Part shown: one piece after another, positions 30,138 to 39,481 of the stretch
How positions within the stretch are numbered: the first letter of the stretch is position 1
How the letters are laid out: each line of letters begins with the position of its first letter
DNA from: Patescibacteria group bacterium
GTDB lineage: Bacteria > Patescibacteriota > JABMPQ01
Reading direction: 5' to 3'
Assembly: GCA_018818965.1 (NCBI GenBank)
Contig: JAHJQX010000014.1
Location: 6,178 to 70,177 of the forward strand
DNA length: 64,000 nt
The notes under the pieces: generated by a model
Told to the model about the DNA's origin: nothing
What the model saw: the letters and a program-made list of their open reading frames with translations, nothing else
Databases searched by the model: none
Program-made: the position numbers and the translations under genes

Positions 30138-30839
30138 TTAGTTCTTAATCTTCTTCAACTCCTTAATGCTTCGAGCTAACATAAAATACATCACAATAAT
30201 TATCATGGCGATCAGAGAGATGGTGAGAGCAGTTCTGGTGCTAGCAATAATGTTATAGACCCCATGTAAAATGATAGCGATGGCTAAACCTTGGATCATG
30301 AAATTTCTTTTTTGTCGCGCTGAAAAGTTTTTTTGCTTGGGACCGAATTTTAATAACCCGAGATAATAACCGGCGATACCAGAGGTAATGGCATGCATCA
30401 AAGTAGCAGTCGCAAAGCGGAGAACAATGGCATCAGGCCCTTCCGAGAAGATAACCAAGATATTTTCTAAGGAAGCAAATCCCAAGGCAGCCACCACGGC
30501 GTAAATCACTCCGTCCAGAGGCTCGTCGAAAGCTGGGTTTTCGTAAATTTTTTCCTTAACAACAAAAAACTTGAGAATTTCTTCGATTGGAGCTACAACC
30601 AAAAGAGCACTAACGGCAATGACAAAGAAATTAGTAGATTGAGAATAAGGAAAAAAATAGTCGACGGCTAACTCCAGACCAATTGCTGGCAGAGTAATAA
30701 TCATTCCCCAGAGAAAGACTTTTACGATTAGTTTGAGGGGCTCAGGATGTTTCCGGTCTTTACGCCTATAAAAATAGAGCCAAAAAAGCCCTGGGACAAG
30801 GGCGATTAAGATATAGCCGAGGATAATGAATAGAGACAT
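30138..30839 (-). CDS. PrsW-family intramembrane metalloprotease
   Basis: Polytopic; conserved EEILK (EExxK) and FASLEN motifs characteristic of PrsW/CAAX-like proteases. Confidence 0.55.
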   Translation of the reverse strand: MSLFIILGYILIALVPGLFWLYFYRRKDRKHPEPLKLIVKVFLWGMIITLPAIGLELAVDYFFPYSQSTNFFVIAVSALLVVAPIEEILKFFVVKEKIYENPAFDEPLDGVIYAVVAALGFASLENILVIFSEGPDAIVLRFATATLMHAITSGIAGYYLGLLKFGPKQKNFSARQKRNFMIQGLAIAIILHGVYNIIASTRTALTISLIAMIIIVMYFMLARSIKELKKIKN

Positions 30840-30849
30840 ACTAACTGGA

Positions 30850-31212
30850 TTATTTAGAATCTAAGATCGCTTTGGTCAACGAATGATAATAAACTAACTC
30901 AATTTTATTCTTCTGGCAATAATCAATCGCTGCTTGCGATTCGCTGCCGGGCTCCAGCCAGATTTTTTGGACGCCACTGGTCTTGATCTTTTCCCAGGCT
31001 GCTTCTGGTGAGGCGATAATACACAGAACATTAATTGAGCTGGGTATTTCTTGGCTTACTTTTTTGACTTGGTAACCTTTTTCTTGCAAGGTTTTGACAA
31101 TGTTTTCGCTGACGCTATCGGTTTCTTCCTCGTACACTCCAAAAACATTTTCTGGAGATAGAAATTTAGGAATCAAACTATTAAATTCAGGGACAAGAGT
31201 GTAGCGGTCCAC
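30850..31212 (-). CDS. CoA-binding-domain protein (YccU-like)
   Basis: Length (~120 aa) and pattern (GYQVKKV...VQKIWLEPG...ELVYYH) resemble pfam13380. Confidence 0.4.
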   Translation of the reverse strand: MDRYTLVPEFNSLIPKFLSPENVFGVYEEETDSVSENIVKTLQEKGYQVKKVSQEIPSSINVLCIIASPEAAWEKIKTSGVQKIWLEPGSESQAAIDYCQKNKIELVYYHSLTKAILDSK

Positions 31213-31213
31213 T

Positions 31214-31540
31214 TTATTTTAATAACTTATCTTCGATAGCTTTTTTAATAGTTTCTTTGGACACTGAACCAGCGAGCTGCTCCACTTTTTTACCGTCTCT
31301 GAAAAAAATGAGATTAGGAATACTCATAACTTCATGTACAGTTGCTAGTTCTTTGGCTTCATCAATATTAACCTTGCGGATTTTTACCTTGCCTTTGTAT
31401 TCTTCGGCTAATTCTTCAATCACCGGCGCAATTTGTTGGCAAGGCATACACCACTCGGCCCAGAAATCGATCAGGACGGGCAAATCAGATATGAGGACTT
31501 CTTCGGTAAAGTCTTTTTCGTCGAGGTTTAAATCGGACAT
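31214..31540 (-). CDS. trxA: Thioredoxin
   Basis: WAEWCMPCQQ = WCxPC active site; 108 aa. Confidence 0.9.
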   Translation of the reverse strand: MSDLNLDEKDFTEEVLISDLPVLIDFWAEWCMPCQQIAPVIEELAEEYKGKVKIRKVNIDEAKELATVHEVMSIPNLIFFRDGKKVEQLAGSVSKETIKKAIEDKLLK

Positions 31541-31631
31541 TTAGGTTAGAAATTAAATGTTTAGTGTTGCTAGTATAACATGGAAAAAGAGTAAATTGAA
31601 TATTTGATCCAACCAATAACGATCTTGGTAA

Positions 31632-31664
31632 TAAAAAAATCCTCGGAGGAAAATCCTGAGGATC
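31632..31664 (-). terminator. Intrinsic terminator for the GC-rich permease gene (ATCCTCAGG-attttcct-CCGAGGAT + T7 on minus strand)
   Basis: Hairpin plus A7 on plus strand (T7 on minus) immediately 3' of the minus-strand stop at 31682. Confidence 0.6.
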
Positions 31665-31681
31665 AAAGGTACGAAGGTGAG

Positions 31682-33130
31682 CTACAGTATGACGAAGCGC
31701 ACCGTCAGCCAGGCGAGGTAGGCGATGCAGGTCCAGTAGAGCCGCCACGAAGTGCGAATCCAGGGACCAGGCCCCACTCCCAGCGCACGGCTGATGTAGA
31801 AGTTGGGCAGATTTGCTGGCACCGTCAGGAGCCCACCAAATAGTGCGCCTTGGACCACAGCTGTTGCTAGCAGAGTTGCTGGACCAAGACCCAGCGATTT
31901 GATCAGGCTCATCGGGATTATGATGTAGACCCGGGAAGCCAGGGCGTTGTCGGCGAAGTGGCTGGTTACGGCGCTGAGGAAGAACATCATTAGCGCCAGA
32001 ACGTAGAGCGCGATCGCCTTTGGCATCATCACGGAGAGGACTAGAACTTTCTGCCCGATCCAGATGATCAGCGGTTCAGCTACCACTCCGATCAGCTCGA
32101 GCGCAGCCAGGAGGACGGCCAGGATCAGCGGTTGCCACCTGGCAGTGAAGGCTTCCTCTAGGGCGTGTTGATCGTCCTGGTCAACGTCGGCGTACTTGGC
32201 ATGGGCTAGCAGGTAGCTGTAGACGGCGGCGGCCGAGTCAGCTGCCCACAGAAGCCCTATCCAAACCTGACTTGGCTTGAAGATCGCGGCCAAGATGTGA
32301 GCGATGACGATGCTCACCAGGATGGCGAGCGGCTTGATGCTCTCGCGGCTCAGGCGAGGCTGGTTGTTGCTGAACTCCACATTCTTGCCGACATGCTGAT
32401 AGAAGCGGAAGGTGGTGAGCGTCACGTGCAGCACGCACCCGACTCCCACCCAGGCGATCAGGTCAGTGATCCCCCAGCCGAAGCTTGCTTCCAACTTGCT
32501 CCAGACGATCAGGATGGGGGGAGCGGCGAAAAAAGTGAGCCCACCACCGGAGCCGATGGTAGCGGCCAAACCAACGGCCACGCGTTTCTTGTCTTCCTCG
32601 CTGTCGATCCTCGTTTTAACGTAGTCGCAAAGGAAGACCGCTGCTGCTGGTTCACCGGTGAGTGAGGAGAGGAGGGAACCGCCAGCGATCACCAGGCGCA
32701 TATCCCCGATCCGCTCCAGGAAACCCATGATGGGGATCATGTGTCGAACAGCGATGTTGGCCGCTGACATGATGCCCAATAGAGTGAAGCACTCTCCCCA
32801 GGGGATGTGGAGGCTCTGCCCCCACCAGAGGATGGTGCCCCCAGCGGCGATCCCAACAGCGATTCCGGCCAGTTCTCCTTCGTTGGTGATGCGGTGGAAG
32901 AAGCCGAAGATGGGAAACTTGTACCACCATCGTGGCCCCCCACCGGCCAGAAACATATCAGTCCGGGCCAGACCGTTCATGGCCAGAATGGCGGCCAGGA
33001 GAATTGCTCCTCCCGCTACCAACTGACTGCCGTTTGAGGCCACTGTGGTCAAGAACCCCCCAAAAGCCATGGTGGCCAACCATGACTGCACGAATGCAGC
33101 CCGATACAAATTCTTTCTGCTCATCTTCAC
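31682..33130 (-). CDS. Polytopic ion/anion permease, ArsB/NhaD-like or related transporter (GC-rich islet 2)
   Basis: 482 aa with ~12 TM helices and Gly-rich motifs; codon usage high-GC, unlike neighbours. Confidence 0.45.
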   Translation of the reverse strand: MKMSRKNLYRAAFVQSWLATMAFGGFLTTVASNGSQLVAGGAILLAAILAMNGLARTDMFLAGGGPRWWYKFPIFGFFHRITNEGELAGIAVGIAAGGTILWWGQSLHIPWGECFTLLGIMSAANIAVRHMIPIMGFLERIGDMRLVIAGGSLLSSLTGEPAAAVFLCDYVKTRIDSEEDKKRVAVGLAATIGSGGGLTFFAAPPILIVWSKLEASFGWGITDLIAWVGVGCVLHVTLTTFRFYQHVGKNVEFSNNQPRLSRESIKPLAILVSIVIAHILAAIFKPSQVWIGLLWAADSAAAVYSYLLAHAKYADVDQDDQHALEEAFTARWQPLILAVLLAALELIGVVAEPLIIWIGQKVLVLSVMMPKAIALYVLALMMFFLSAVTSHFADNALASRVYIIIPMSLIKSLGLGPATLLATAVVQGALFGGLLTVPANLPNFYISRALGVGPGPWIRTSWRLYWTCIAYLAWLTVRFVIL

Positions 33131-33294
33131 ATTCTCCTGGAATGATGCCCTGAGTATGTGGGCGTATGGGTGGCGGAAACACCTTCTATATTGTTCCGCC
33201 CGAATTTAAAAAGATCAGGCCATTACAGTAAATTTGATCAGCCTAACCTATTTTGGGATAATAGTCAATGAATTATTTCGAGATTTTTAAGGTC

Positions 33295-33732
33295 TCAAGG
33301 AGTTGAAAAAGTAATTTTTCGCACATCTTTCCCCATCCACCTGAATCTTATCTGTAAATTATTTTCCGACGGGATAATTCTTTTAGCTTTGTTGGCCCAC
33401 TCGATCACAGTCACATTTTGGGGGTCAGCCACAATTTCGGTAAAGCCCAGATCAGCTAATTCCTGTGGGTCACTTAGTCGGTAAAGGTCTAAATGGTATA
33501 AATTTTTGATAGTATCATGCCTTGTCGAATATTTCTTCATAATAGTGAAAGTAGGGCTGGTGATGACCTCTTTGACACCGAGCCCCGCGGCCAAGCCTTG
33601 GGTAAAGGTAGTTTTGCCGCCACCCAGATCCCCCAAGAGGCTGATCACTTCACCACCACGCAACTCAGTCGCTAGCAGCTTGCCAACTTCTTGTGTTTTC
33701 TCTGCACTTTTAGTTATTATCTTCTCCTTCAT
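33295..33732 (-). CDS. tsaE: tRNA threonylcarbamoyladenosine biosynthesis protein TsaE (YjeE ATPase)
   Basis: GDLGGGKTTFTQGLA P-loop, ~145 aa, adjacent to uppP. Confidence 0.8.
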   Translation of the reverse strand: MKEKIITKSAEKTQEVGKLLATELRGGEVISLLGDLGGGKTTFTQGLAAGLGVKEVITSPTFTIMKKYSTRHDTIKNLYHLDLYRLSDPQELADLGFTEIVADPQNVTVIEWANKAKRIIPSENNLQIRFRWMGKDVRKITFSTP

Positions 33733-33735
33733 GAC

Positions 33736-34536
33736 TTAATATATCCACTGCACGGCAAAGATAATCACTCCCAGGCAAATCAGGTAGGCGGCGAATATAT
33801 ACAACTTATGCTGAGAGAGAAATTTCATTAAATATTTAATACTCAGATAGCCAACTATGGCAGCGATAATGGAACCAATCACTATTTCTGGCCAGAAACC
33901 ACTCAAATAACCTTCATCTTGCATGGCTGCAAAAGATCCGAAAATACTAGCGCCTAAAATAGCGATAGAAGCCATTAGAAAGGAAAAACGGGTGGCTTCA
34001 GTGCGCTTAAGAGAGCGAAACATTCCAGCGGCGATAGTGATACCAGAACGGGAGACACCAGGCAGTAGTGCTAAGGCCTGGACTAGTCCTATCAGCAGAG
34101 CATCTTTCCAACTGACTTTATCCAGATCTTTTTTGATTATCTTGTGACTGGCGAATTTCTCGGCACTGATAAAAATAAGCCCAACGATGATTAAGAATGT
34201 TGATACCCAGAGAGCGTGGCGAAAAATTGAGTTGATATAGTCATTGAACAAAAAACCCAGAATAAAAGCTGGTAAGGTAGCCACTACCAAGTTAATAGCT
34301 GTTCGCTTGTCTCCTGATCTACCGAAGAGATCCTTGATAATTTTTAGCCAGTCTCGGCGAAAGTATATCAAGACGGCTGCTAAAGTACCCAAATGCAGAA
34401 AGATATCAAAAACTACCCCGGGATCTTCCCAACCAAAAACTTCTCGAGCCAATACGAGATGGCCAGAGCTGGAGATGGGGATAAATTCAGTTGCTCCTTG
34501 GACAAGGCCAAGGACGACGGCTTGAAGGATGTTCAT
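33736..34536 (-). CDS. uppP: Undecaprenyl-diphosphate phosphatase
   Basis: LGLVQGATEFIPISSSGHL and SRSGITI motifs of BacA/UppP. Confidence 0.85.
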   Translation of the reverse strand: MNILQAVVLGLVQGATEFIPISSSGHLVLAREVFGWEDPGVVFDIFLHLGTLAAVLIYFRRDWLKIIKDLFGRSGDKRTAINLVVATLPAFILGFLFNDYINSIFRHALWVSTFLIIVGLIFISAEKFASHKIIKKDLDKVSWKDALLIGLVQALALLPGVSRSGITIAAGMFRSLKRTEATRFSFLMASIAILGASIFGSFAAMQDEGYLSGFWPEIVIGSIIAAIVGYLSIKYLMKFLSQHKLYIFAAYLICLGVIIFAVQWIY

Positions 34537-34638
34537 TGTTTCTAGGATTGTGATCTTTATAGCAGTGTAACAAAGATTATTAGTAATTTCCAGGTGAGGT
34601 TGGTTTAATTAATTTTCAGAACTTGCTACAATAAACCT

Positions 34639-35967
34639 ATGATAATAAAAAATTACGACCAACTAGCCGCCACCCCCCAGCGCGAGCAGGCTCTGCAAAT
34701 AATTTCGGCTGGCATCGAGCGGGTTTTACCGCAAAATATTATTAAGCAAGCCATTGCCTACGATCCTGATCAAAAGTCACTTGCCGTTAATGGTGACCAG
34801 TACGAGTTTTCTGCGGGACGTCTTTTTGTAATTGGCGGCGGTAAAGCAGCTGGCCTAATGGCACAAGCGCTAGAGTCAATAATATCACCTGATGATATTA
34901 CAGCTGGCGCGGTAACCTGTCACAATGGTGGAGCCGAGACGAAAAAGATAGAAATCGTCAAAGCTCGACACCCTTTGCCTGACGAAGAGGGTGTAAAAGG
35001 AATGCAGCAGATGTTAGCTCTTAAAGATAAATATAAAATTACTGAAAAAGATTTAGTCCTCTGCCTTATTTCTGGCGGTGGGTCAGCTCTCATGCCCTAT
35101 CCAGTTGAGGGGGTAAGCTTAGAGGAAAAGCAAGTAATCACTAAAGATTTACTACGTTCAGGAGCGTCGATTGATGAAGTTAATATTGTTAGAAAACATC
35201 TGTCGCGGGTTAAAGGAGGACAATTGGGACAATATTTCTCTCCAACACAAGTTGTCTCACTTATCTTATCAGACGTGATAGGCAGTGATCTCAGCACTAT
35301 TGCCTCCGGTCCAACTACTCCTGACCCCACTACTTTTGCTGATGCTATTCAGGTGCTAGAGAAATATAATTTACTCGAACGAGCGCCGGTCAGCGTAGTA
35401 GAACACTTAAAAAAAGGTGAGCCGGAAACTCCAACTGAGCTGCCCAATTGCCATAATTATATTATCGGTGACAACAAACTAGCCTTGGAGGCAATGAAGT
35501 TTAAAGCTGAGGAACTAGGACTAAAGCCGATCATTGTCACTACTGAAGAAAAAGGTGAGCCGGACAAAATAATTACCACGCGTATTAAAGAAATCGAGTC
35601 TGGCAAATACAAAGATGCAAATATCTTACTAATGGGTGGAGAGCCGACTCCCACTTTACCCGACAATCCTGGCGAAGGCGGACGGAATCAATATTATGCC
35701 GCCGCCGCGCTACTAGCTTTACAAAAAAACAACCAAGATTGGCTGGTAGCCAGTGTGGCCACTGATGGCTCAGATTTTATGCCGGAAATAGCTGGTGGCG
35801 TAGTTGATAGTAATTCATTAGTTGGTCAGAAAATTACGGTTCAAGATATTCAAAGTTATTTAGTCAAGTTTGATAGCTACAATTTACTCAAGCGACTCAA
35901 CAATTCCCTAGTGGTTACTGGCAAAACAGGCACCAACGTTGGTGATATTATGATCTGGATGTTTTGA
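34639..35967 (+). CDS. Glycerate kinase, MOFRL family (glycerate 2-kinase-like)
   Basis: LVLCLISGGGSALM motif and MOFRL C-terminal domain pattern. Confidence 0.7.
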   Translation: MIIKNYDQLAATPQREQALQIISAGIERVLPQNIIKQAIAYDPDQKSLAVNGDQYEFSAGRLFVIGGGKAAGLMAQALESIISPDDITAGAVTCHNGGAETKKIEIVKARHPLPDEEGVKGMQQMLALKDKYKITEKDLVLCLISGGGSALMPYPVEGVSLEEKQVITKDLLRSGASIDEVNIVRKHLSRVKGGQLGQYFSPTQVVSLILSDVIGSDLSTIASGPTTPDPTTFADAIQVLEKYNLLERAPVSVVEHLKKGEPETPTELPNCHNYIIGDNKLALEAMKFKAEELGLKPIIVTTEEKGEPDKIITTRIKEIESGKYKDANILLMGGEPTPTLPDNPGEGGRNQYYAAAALLALQKNNQDWLVASVATDGSDFMPEIAGGVVDSNSLVGQKITVQDIQSYLVKFDSYNLLKRLNNSLVVTGKTGTNVGDIMIWMF

Positions 35968-36060
35968 GGTCTTTGTCTCATGTTGGCACACAATAAGAAG
36001 TGTTGACGACTCAAAGATACTTGTTTAAGATGGATCGAACTGTACAAAATATAATTCGTC

Positions 36061-37257
36061 ATGGAATTGTCGTCGCAGCAGCAAATTTTAGAAGTCGTTG
36101 AGAAAAGCAAAAAAGTATTGCTACTCACTAGACAGCATCCTACGGAGGATGCTGTTTGCAGCCTAGTTGCCCTTGGTTTGTATTTGGAAAAATCTGGCAA
36201 AGAGGTTGATATGGTTACCCAAGGCCCTATCCCACCGGTTCTCGGTTTTATTCCCGAGACGAAGAGGGTTAAAAACGATGTTCAGCAGAACAAAAGTTTT
36301 GTCGTTTCATTGGATACTTCCAATACCAAAGTGGCTCAATTCAGTTACGATTTTGACAAAGACGGCAAGAAGCTAAATATTTTCATTACTCCTGAAGGTG
36401 GTAGTTTTACCCCTGATCATTTATCCACCAAAGTGTTGGGCTTTGGCTATGATTCTGTTTTCATTATTCATAGTGTTGATTTTGAATCACTTGGACCAGC
36501 TTATACCAATAACGCTGACTTATTTTACGAAACTCCTGTGATTAATATCGATCGCAGTAGCTCTAATGAGCAATTTGGCGAAGTAAATTTAGTTGATACT
36601 ACGGCCTCCTCAATTGCCGAAATACTATACGAACTATTTACTACTTTGGGTGAAAAGGTAATCGATGAACGGATTGCTACTTGTTTGTTGACAGGCATTA
36701 TTGCTTCCACGCGCAGTTTCCAGAATAATAGCGCCACTCCCAAGTCTTTTAACATCGCGGCTAAATTGATTGCCACCGGGGCTGATCAACAGCAAGTGAT
36801 TAATAGTTTGTACAAGAATCGTTCACTCTCAATGTTAAAATTGTGGGGGCGAGCTTTGGCAAGGGTCAAGCATGATCCAGATAAAAAGTTGGCCTGGAGC
36901 ATGCTGGGACAAAAGGATTTTGTTAGTTCTGGAGCGCAGGTAAAGGACTTGGAAGGGATTACCGATGAGATTATGACATCAGTGCCTAATACTAATATTG
37001 TAGTTGTTTTGTATGAAGCAATTCAAGGAACAGCTCGCGCGCCTGAGCAGGCGATGACAGAAAGTGAAGAGTTGGACGTAAATACCGGCGGTGTGGAAAT
37101 ATTGATCAAATCTAATGAGGAGAACTATATTAACCAACTGGCTGAGATTTTTGATACCGCTAGCCGCAATGGCGTGATGAGGATCAAAATTAATGGTATT
37201 AGTCTAGCGGAGGCGGAAAAAGATGTCCTGGAAAAAGTGAGGGGGATTATAAAGTGA
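36061..37257 (+). CDS. NrnA-like DHH/DHHA1-family protein with degenerate catalytic motifs
   Basis: Alignable by eye to NrnA (LLTRQHPTEDAVCSLVALG vs HxxPDxDAxGS; DTTASSIAEILYELF vs DTSASSVSEMIYELY) but no intact DHH or GGGH motifs. Confidence 0.45.
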   Translation: MELSSQQQILEVVEKSKKVLLLTRQHPTEDAVCSLVALGLYLEKSGKEVDMVTQGPIPPVLGFIPETKRVKNDVQQNKSFVVSLDTSNTKVAQFSYDFDKDGKKLNIFITPEGGSFTPDHLSTKVLGFGYDSVFIIHSVDFESLGPAYTNNADLFYETPVINIDRSSSNEQFGEVNLVDTTASSIAEILYELFTTLGEKVIDERIATCLLTGIIASTRSFQNNSATPKSFNIAAKLIATGADQQQVINSLYKNRSLSMLKLWGRALARVKHDPDKKLAWSMLGQKDFVSSGAQVKDLEGITDEIMTSVPNTNIVVVLYEAIQGTARAPEQAMTESEELDVNTGGVEILIKSNEENYINQLAEIFDTASRNGVMRIKINGISLAEAEKDVLEKVRGIIK

Positions 37258-37309
37258 TCGAATGTTAGATTGTTTGTTCATTGTTCAACCGTAAACCACT
37301 GGAGGGAAA

Positions 37310-37471
37310 ATGGCCAAAGGGAACAGAACGAAGAAGAAGAAACAGAGCAGCCGGGTGACGTGCGGCAAGTGTAATCCCAATCGAGCGGGAAGGAAGTACA
37401 CCGTTACTCCTCCCCAGGAGTGTCCAAACTGTCAGCATCTGACAGGCACCTTCTACCGGAGAAAGGATTAG
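37310..37471 (+). CDS. Zinc-ribbon mini-protein, 53 aa (GC-rich islet 3)
   Basis: Hand-called: GGAGGG SD 4 nt before ATG; two CxxC pairs (CGKC...CPNC); Lys-rich N-terminus. Confidence 0.45.
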   Translation: MAKGNRTKKKKQSSRVTCGKCNPNRAGRKYTVTPPQECPNCQHLTGTFYRRKD

Positions 37472-37481
37472 AGAGGATAGA

Positions 37482-37880
37482 ATGGGAGACACGAGACGAC
37501 GTTTGCGACTAGTATTGAAGCATCTGGGAGCTGTAATCTTGTCGGTGGCTGCCTTGTTGATCCTGTTATGTCTGACGGTTGACTCCATGGAGCCCTGGAT
37601 TCCGCTGTCGGCTGCAATCGCAGGGATCGTCTTTTTCTTGGTACGGTCGCGGATCCCACCATACATTCCGGGGGAGAGGGTGGTAGTTTGCGTCGACAAG
37701 CTCGGCCGGTATTCGGTAGAGGATGCCTGGTTAGCGATGACCGGTTCGATCAAGGGCCGCCTGATTATCGTCACCAACGTATACGGCGTTGATTTTGCTG
37801 TACCGGTTGAATTCGTGATCCTCGCTGATCAAGTGGCGGGAGACCTAGTACCTTCTTCGGCCGATGATGGCTCTGGGTAG
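37482..37880 (+). CDS. 2-TM membrane protein with C-terminal bacterial PH-like domain (bPH_2/DUF304-like) (GC-rich islet 3)
   Basis: GAGAGG SD; two N-terminal TM helices then a ~70-aa beta-rich domain; architecture matches bPH_2 family. Confidence 0.35.
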   Translation: MGDTRRRLRLVLKHLGAVILSVAALLILLCLTVDSMEPWIPLSAAIAGIVFFLVRSRIPPYIPGERVVVCVDKLGRYSVEDAWLAMTGSIKGRLIIVTNVYGVDFAVPVEFVILADQVAGDLVPSSADDGSG

Positions 37881-38046
37881 CCAGAACATCTGCTAATAGT
37901 GGATGTTTTTTTAATATAGAGACCGCAATATTTAATTATCAATATAAAATTAGTTTAGCAGCAACCTGAGTAATATTTCTCGATTGACAACAAAATCTTC
38001 CGGTATTACTCTTAAAGCCAATGTACGTAATTAATTAACAAAACAG

Positions 38047-39357
38047 ATGGCACAAAATCCACATCAAAATGCTCTCAAGCAGCTAGAGGATGTTGCTAAA
38101 AAAATAAAGCTAGATAAAGAAATCTTTGAAATTCTATCGAAACCTCAGCGTATTATCATGATGCAGATTCCGGTGAAGATGGATTCTGGTAAAATGCAAA
38201 TGTTCGAAGCCTATCGAGTAGAGCATAACAATGCGCGCGGTCCTTATAAAGGTGGCATTCGTTATTTCCCCCAAGTAGATCTCAATGAGGTCAAGGCGCT
38301 TGCTCACTGGATGTCTCTGAAATGTGCTGTTACTGGTATTCCGATGGGAGGTGGTAAGGGTGGTATTATCGTTGATCCTCATCAATTGTCAGCTGGTGAG
38401 TTGGAAAGATTATCCCGTGGTTATGCTCGGGCGGCGGCTGATTTCCTCGGACCGAAAAAAGATGTTCCGGCCCCTGACGTTTACACCAATGCTCAGATCA
38501 TGGACTGGATGGTGAGCGAGTTCAAGAAAACCAAGGAAAAAGAGCTGGGACGAAAATTAAAAGCTAGCGAATATTTACCAACTCTCACAGGTAAATCGTT
38601 GCGTGGTGGTGGTTCTAAGGGCCGCGATATTGCTACCGCTCAGGGTAGTGTTTTTGTGCTGGAAGAGGCACTCAAGACTTTGAAAATAAAAAAGAGCACA
38701 GTGGCTATTCAAGGATTTGGCAACGCCGGTTATGTAGCGGCTAAGATACTACACGATAAAGGATTTAAAATTGTTGCCGTTAGTGATTCCCGCAAAGCTT
38801 TTTACTGTGAGGACGGATTAGATCCTGACAAGGTAATGAAATACAAAGAGAAGTGTGGTACGGTCGGTCTCTGTGATTGTAAAGCGGGTGGTAGCAAGAC
38901 TTGTAAATGTAGTGGTGGTTGTAATTGCCAGGGGTGTAAGTATATTCCGCAGAGTCAGATTCTCACCCTTGATGTTGATATTCTAATTCCGGCCGCTCTG
39001 GAAAACCAAATCACTGGAGCCAATGCTGGAAAAGTAAAAGCTGACATTATCCTTGAACTGGCCAATGGAGCCACTACGCCGGAAGCTGATGCAATTCTGC
39101 GACGAAAGAAGATTATAGCTATTCCTGATATCTTGGCCAACGCTGGTGGGGTGACAGTTAGTTACTTCGAGTGGTATCAGAACATGAAAAATGAAAAATG
39201 GTCAGAGGATAAAGTAGCCCGTAAATTATCTCCATTGATGAAACGGTCTTTCCGGGAAGTTTATAAGTTAGCCCGACAGTATAAAACCGATCTGCGTACT
39301 GGCGCTGGCATATTGGCAGTAAAACGGTTGGAAGAGGCGATTAAGAAAAGTAGATAA
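38047..39357 (+). CDS. gdh: NAD(P)-specific glutamate dehydrogenase with unusual Cys-rich insertion
   Basis: PYKGGIRYFP...GGGKGG catalytic Lys region, GFGNAGY Rossmann motif; inserted CDCKAGGSKTCKCSGGCNCQGC at 38854-38937. Confidence 0.85.
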   Translation: MAQNPHQNALKQLEDVAKKIKLDKEIFEILSKPQRIIMMQIPVKMDSGKMQMFEAYRVEHNNARGPYKGGIRYFPQVDLNEVKALAHWMSLKCAVTGIPMGGGKGGIIVDPHQLSAGELERLSRGYARAAADFLGPKKDVPAPDVYTNAQIMDWMVSEFKKTKEKELGRKLKASEYLPTLTGKSLRGGGSKGRDIATAQGSVFVLEEALKTLKIKKSTVAIQGFGNAGYVAAKILHDKGFKIVAVSDSRKAFYCEDGLDPDKVMKYKEKCGTVGLCDCKAGGSKTCKCSGGCNCQGCKYIPQSQILTLDVDILIPAALENQITGANAGKVKADIILELANGATTPEADAILRRKKIIAIPDILANAGGVTVSYFEWYQNMKNEKWSEDKVARKLSPLMKRSFREVYKLARQYKTDLRTGAGILAVKRLEEAIKKSR

Positions 39358-39388
39358 GATATTGGTCTTAAGGTTACGGATATAAAAA

Positions 39389-39414
39389 CCTGTGCTCAGC
39401 GCGCAGGTTTTTTA
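39389..39414 (+). terminator. Intrinsic terminator after gdh (CCTGTGC-tcagc-GCGCAGG + T6)
   Basis: 7-bp stem with one G-U pair, T-run; the ORF-track GTG start of the next ORF falls inside this hairpin. Confidence 0.7.
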
Positions 39415-39481
39415 TTCAGTAAATTATGGTATACTAGCAAGCAAGTTAGAAACCTTACTGGAGTTTGTTTTAATTATTATT

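Noticed and set aside
37984-38012. Candidate TTGACA -35 box upstream of gdh
   Set aside because: No acceptable -10 hexamer at 16-18 nt spacing (TATTAC at 14 nt, TACTCT at 17 nt is poor).
39392-39481. ORF-track N-terminal extension of pilB beginning with GTG at 39392
   Set aside because: The GTG lies inside the gdh intrinsic terminator hairpin (39389-39414). The extension encodes a hydrophobic stretch not found in PilB/GspE. ATG at 39482 precedes the conserved GSPII_E_N region.
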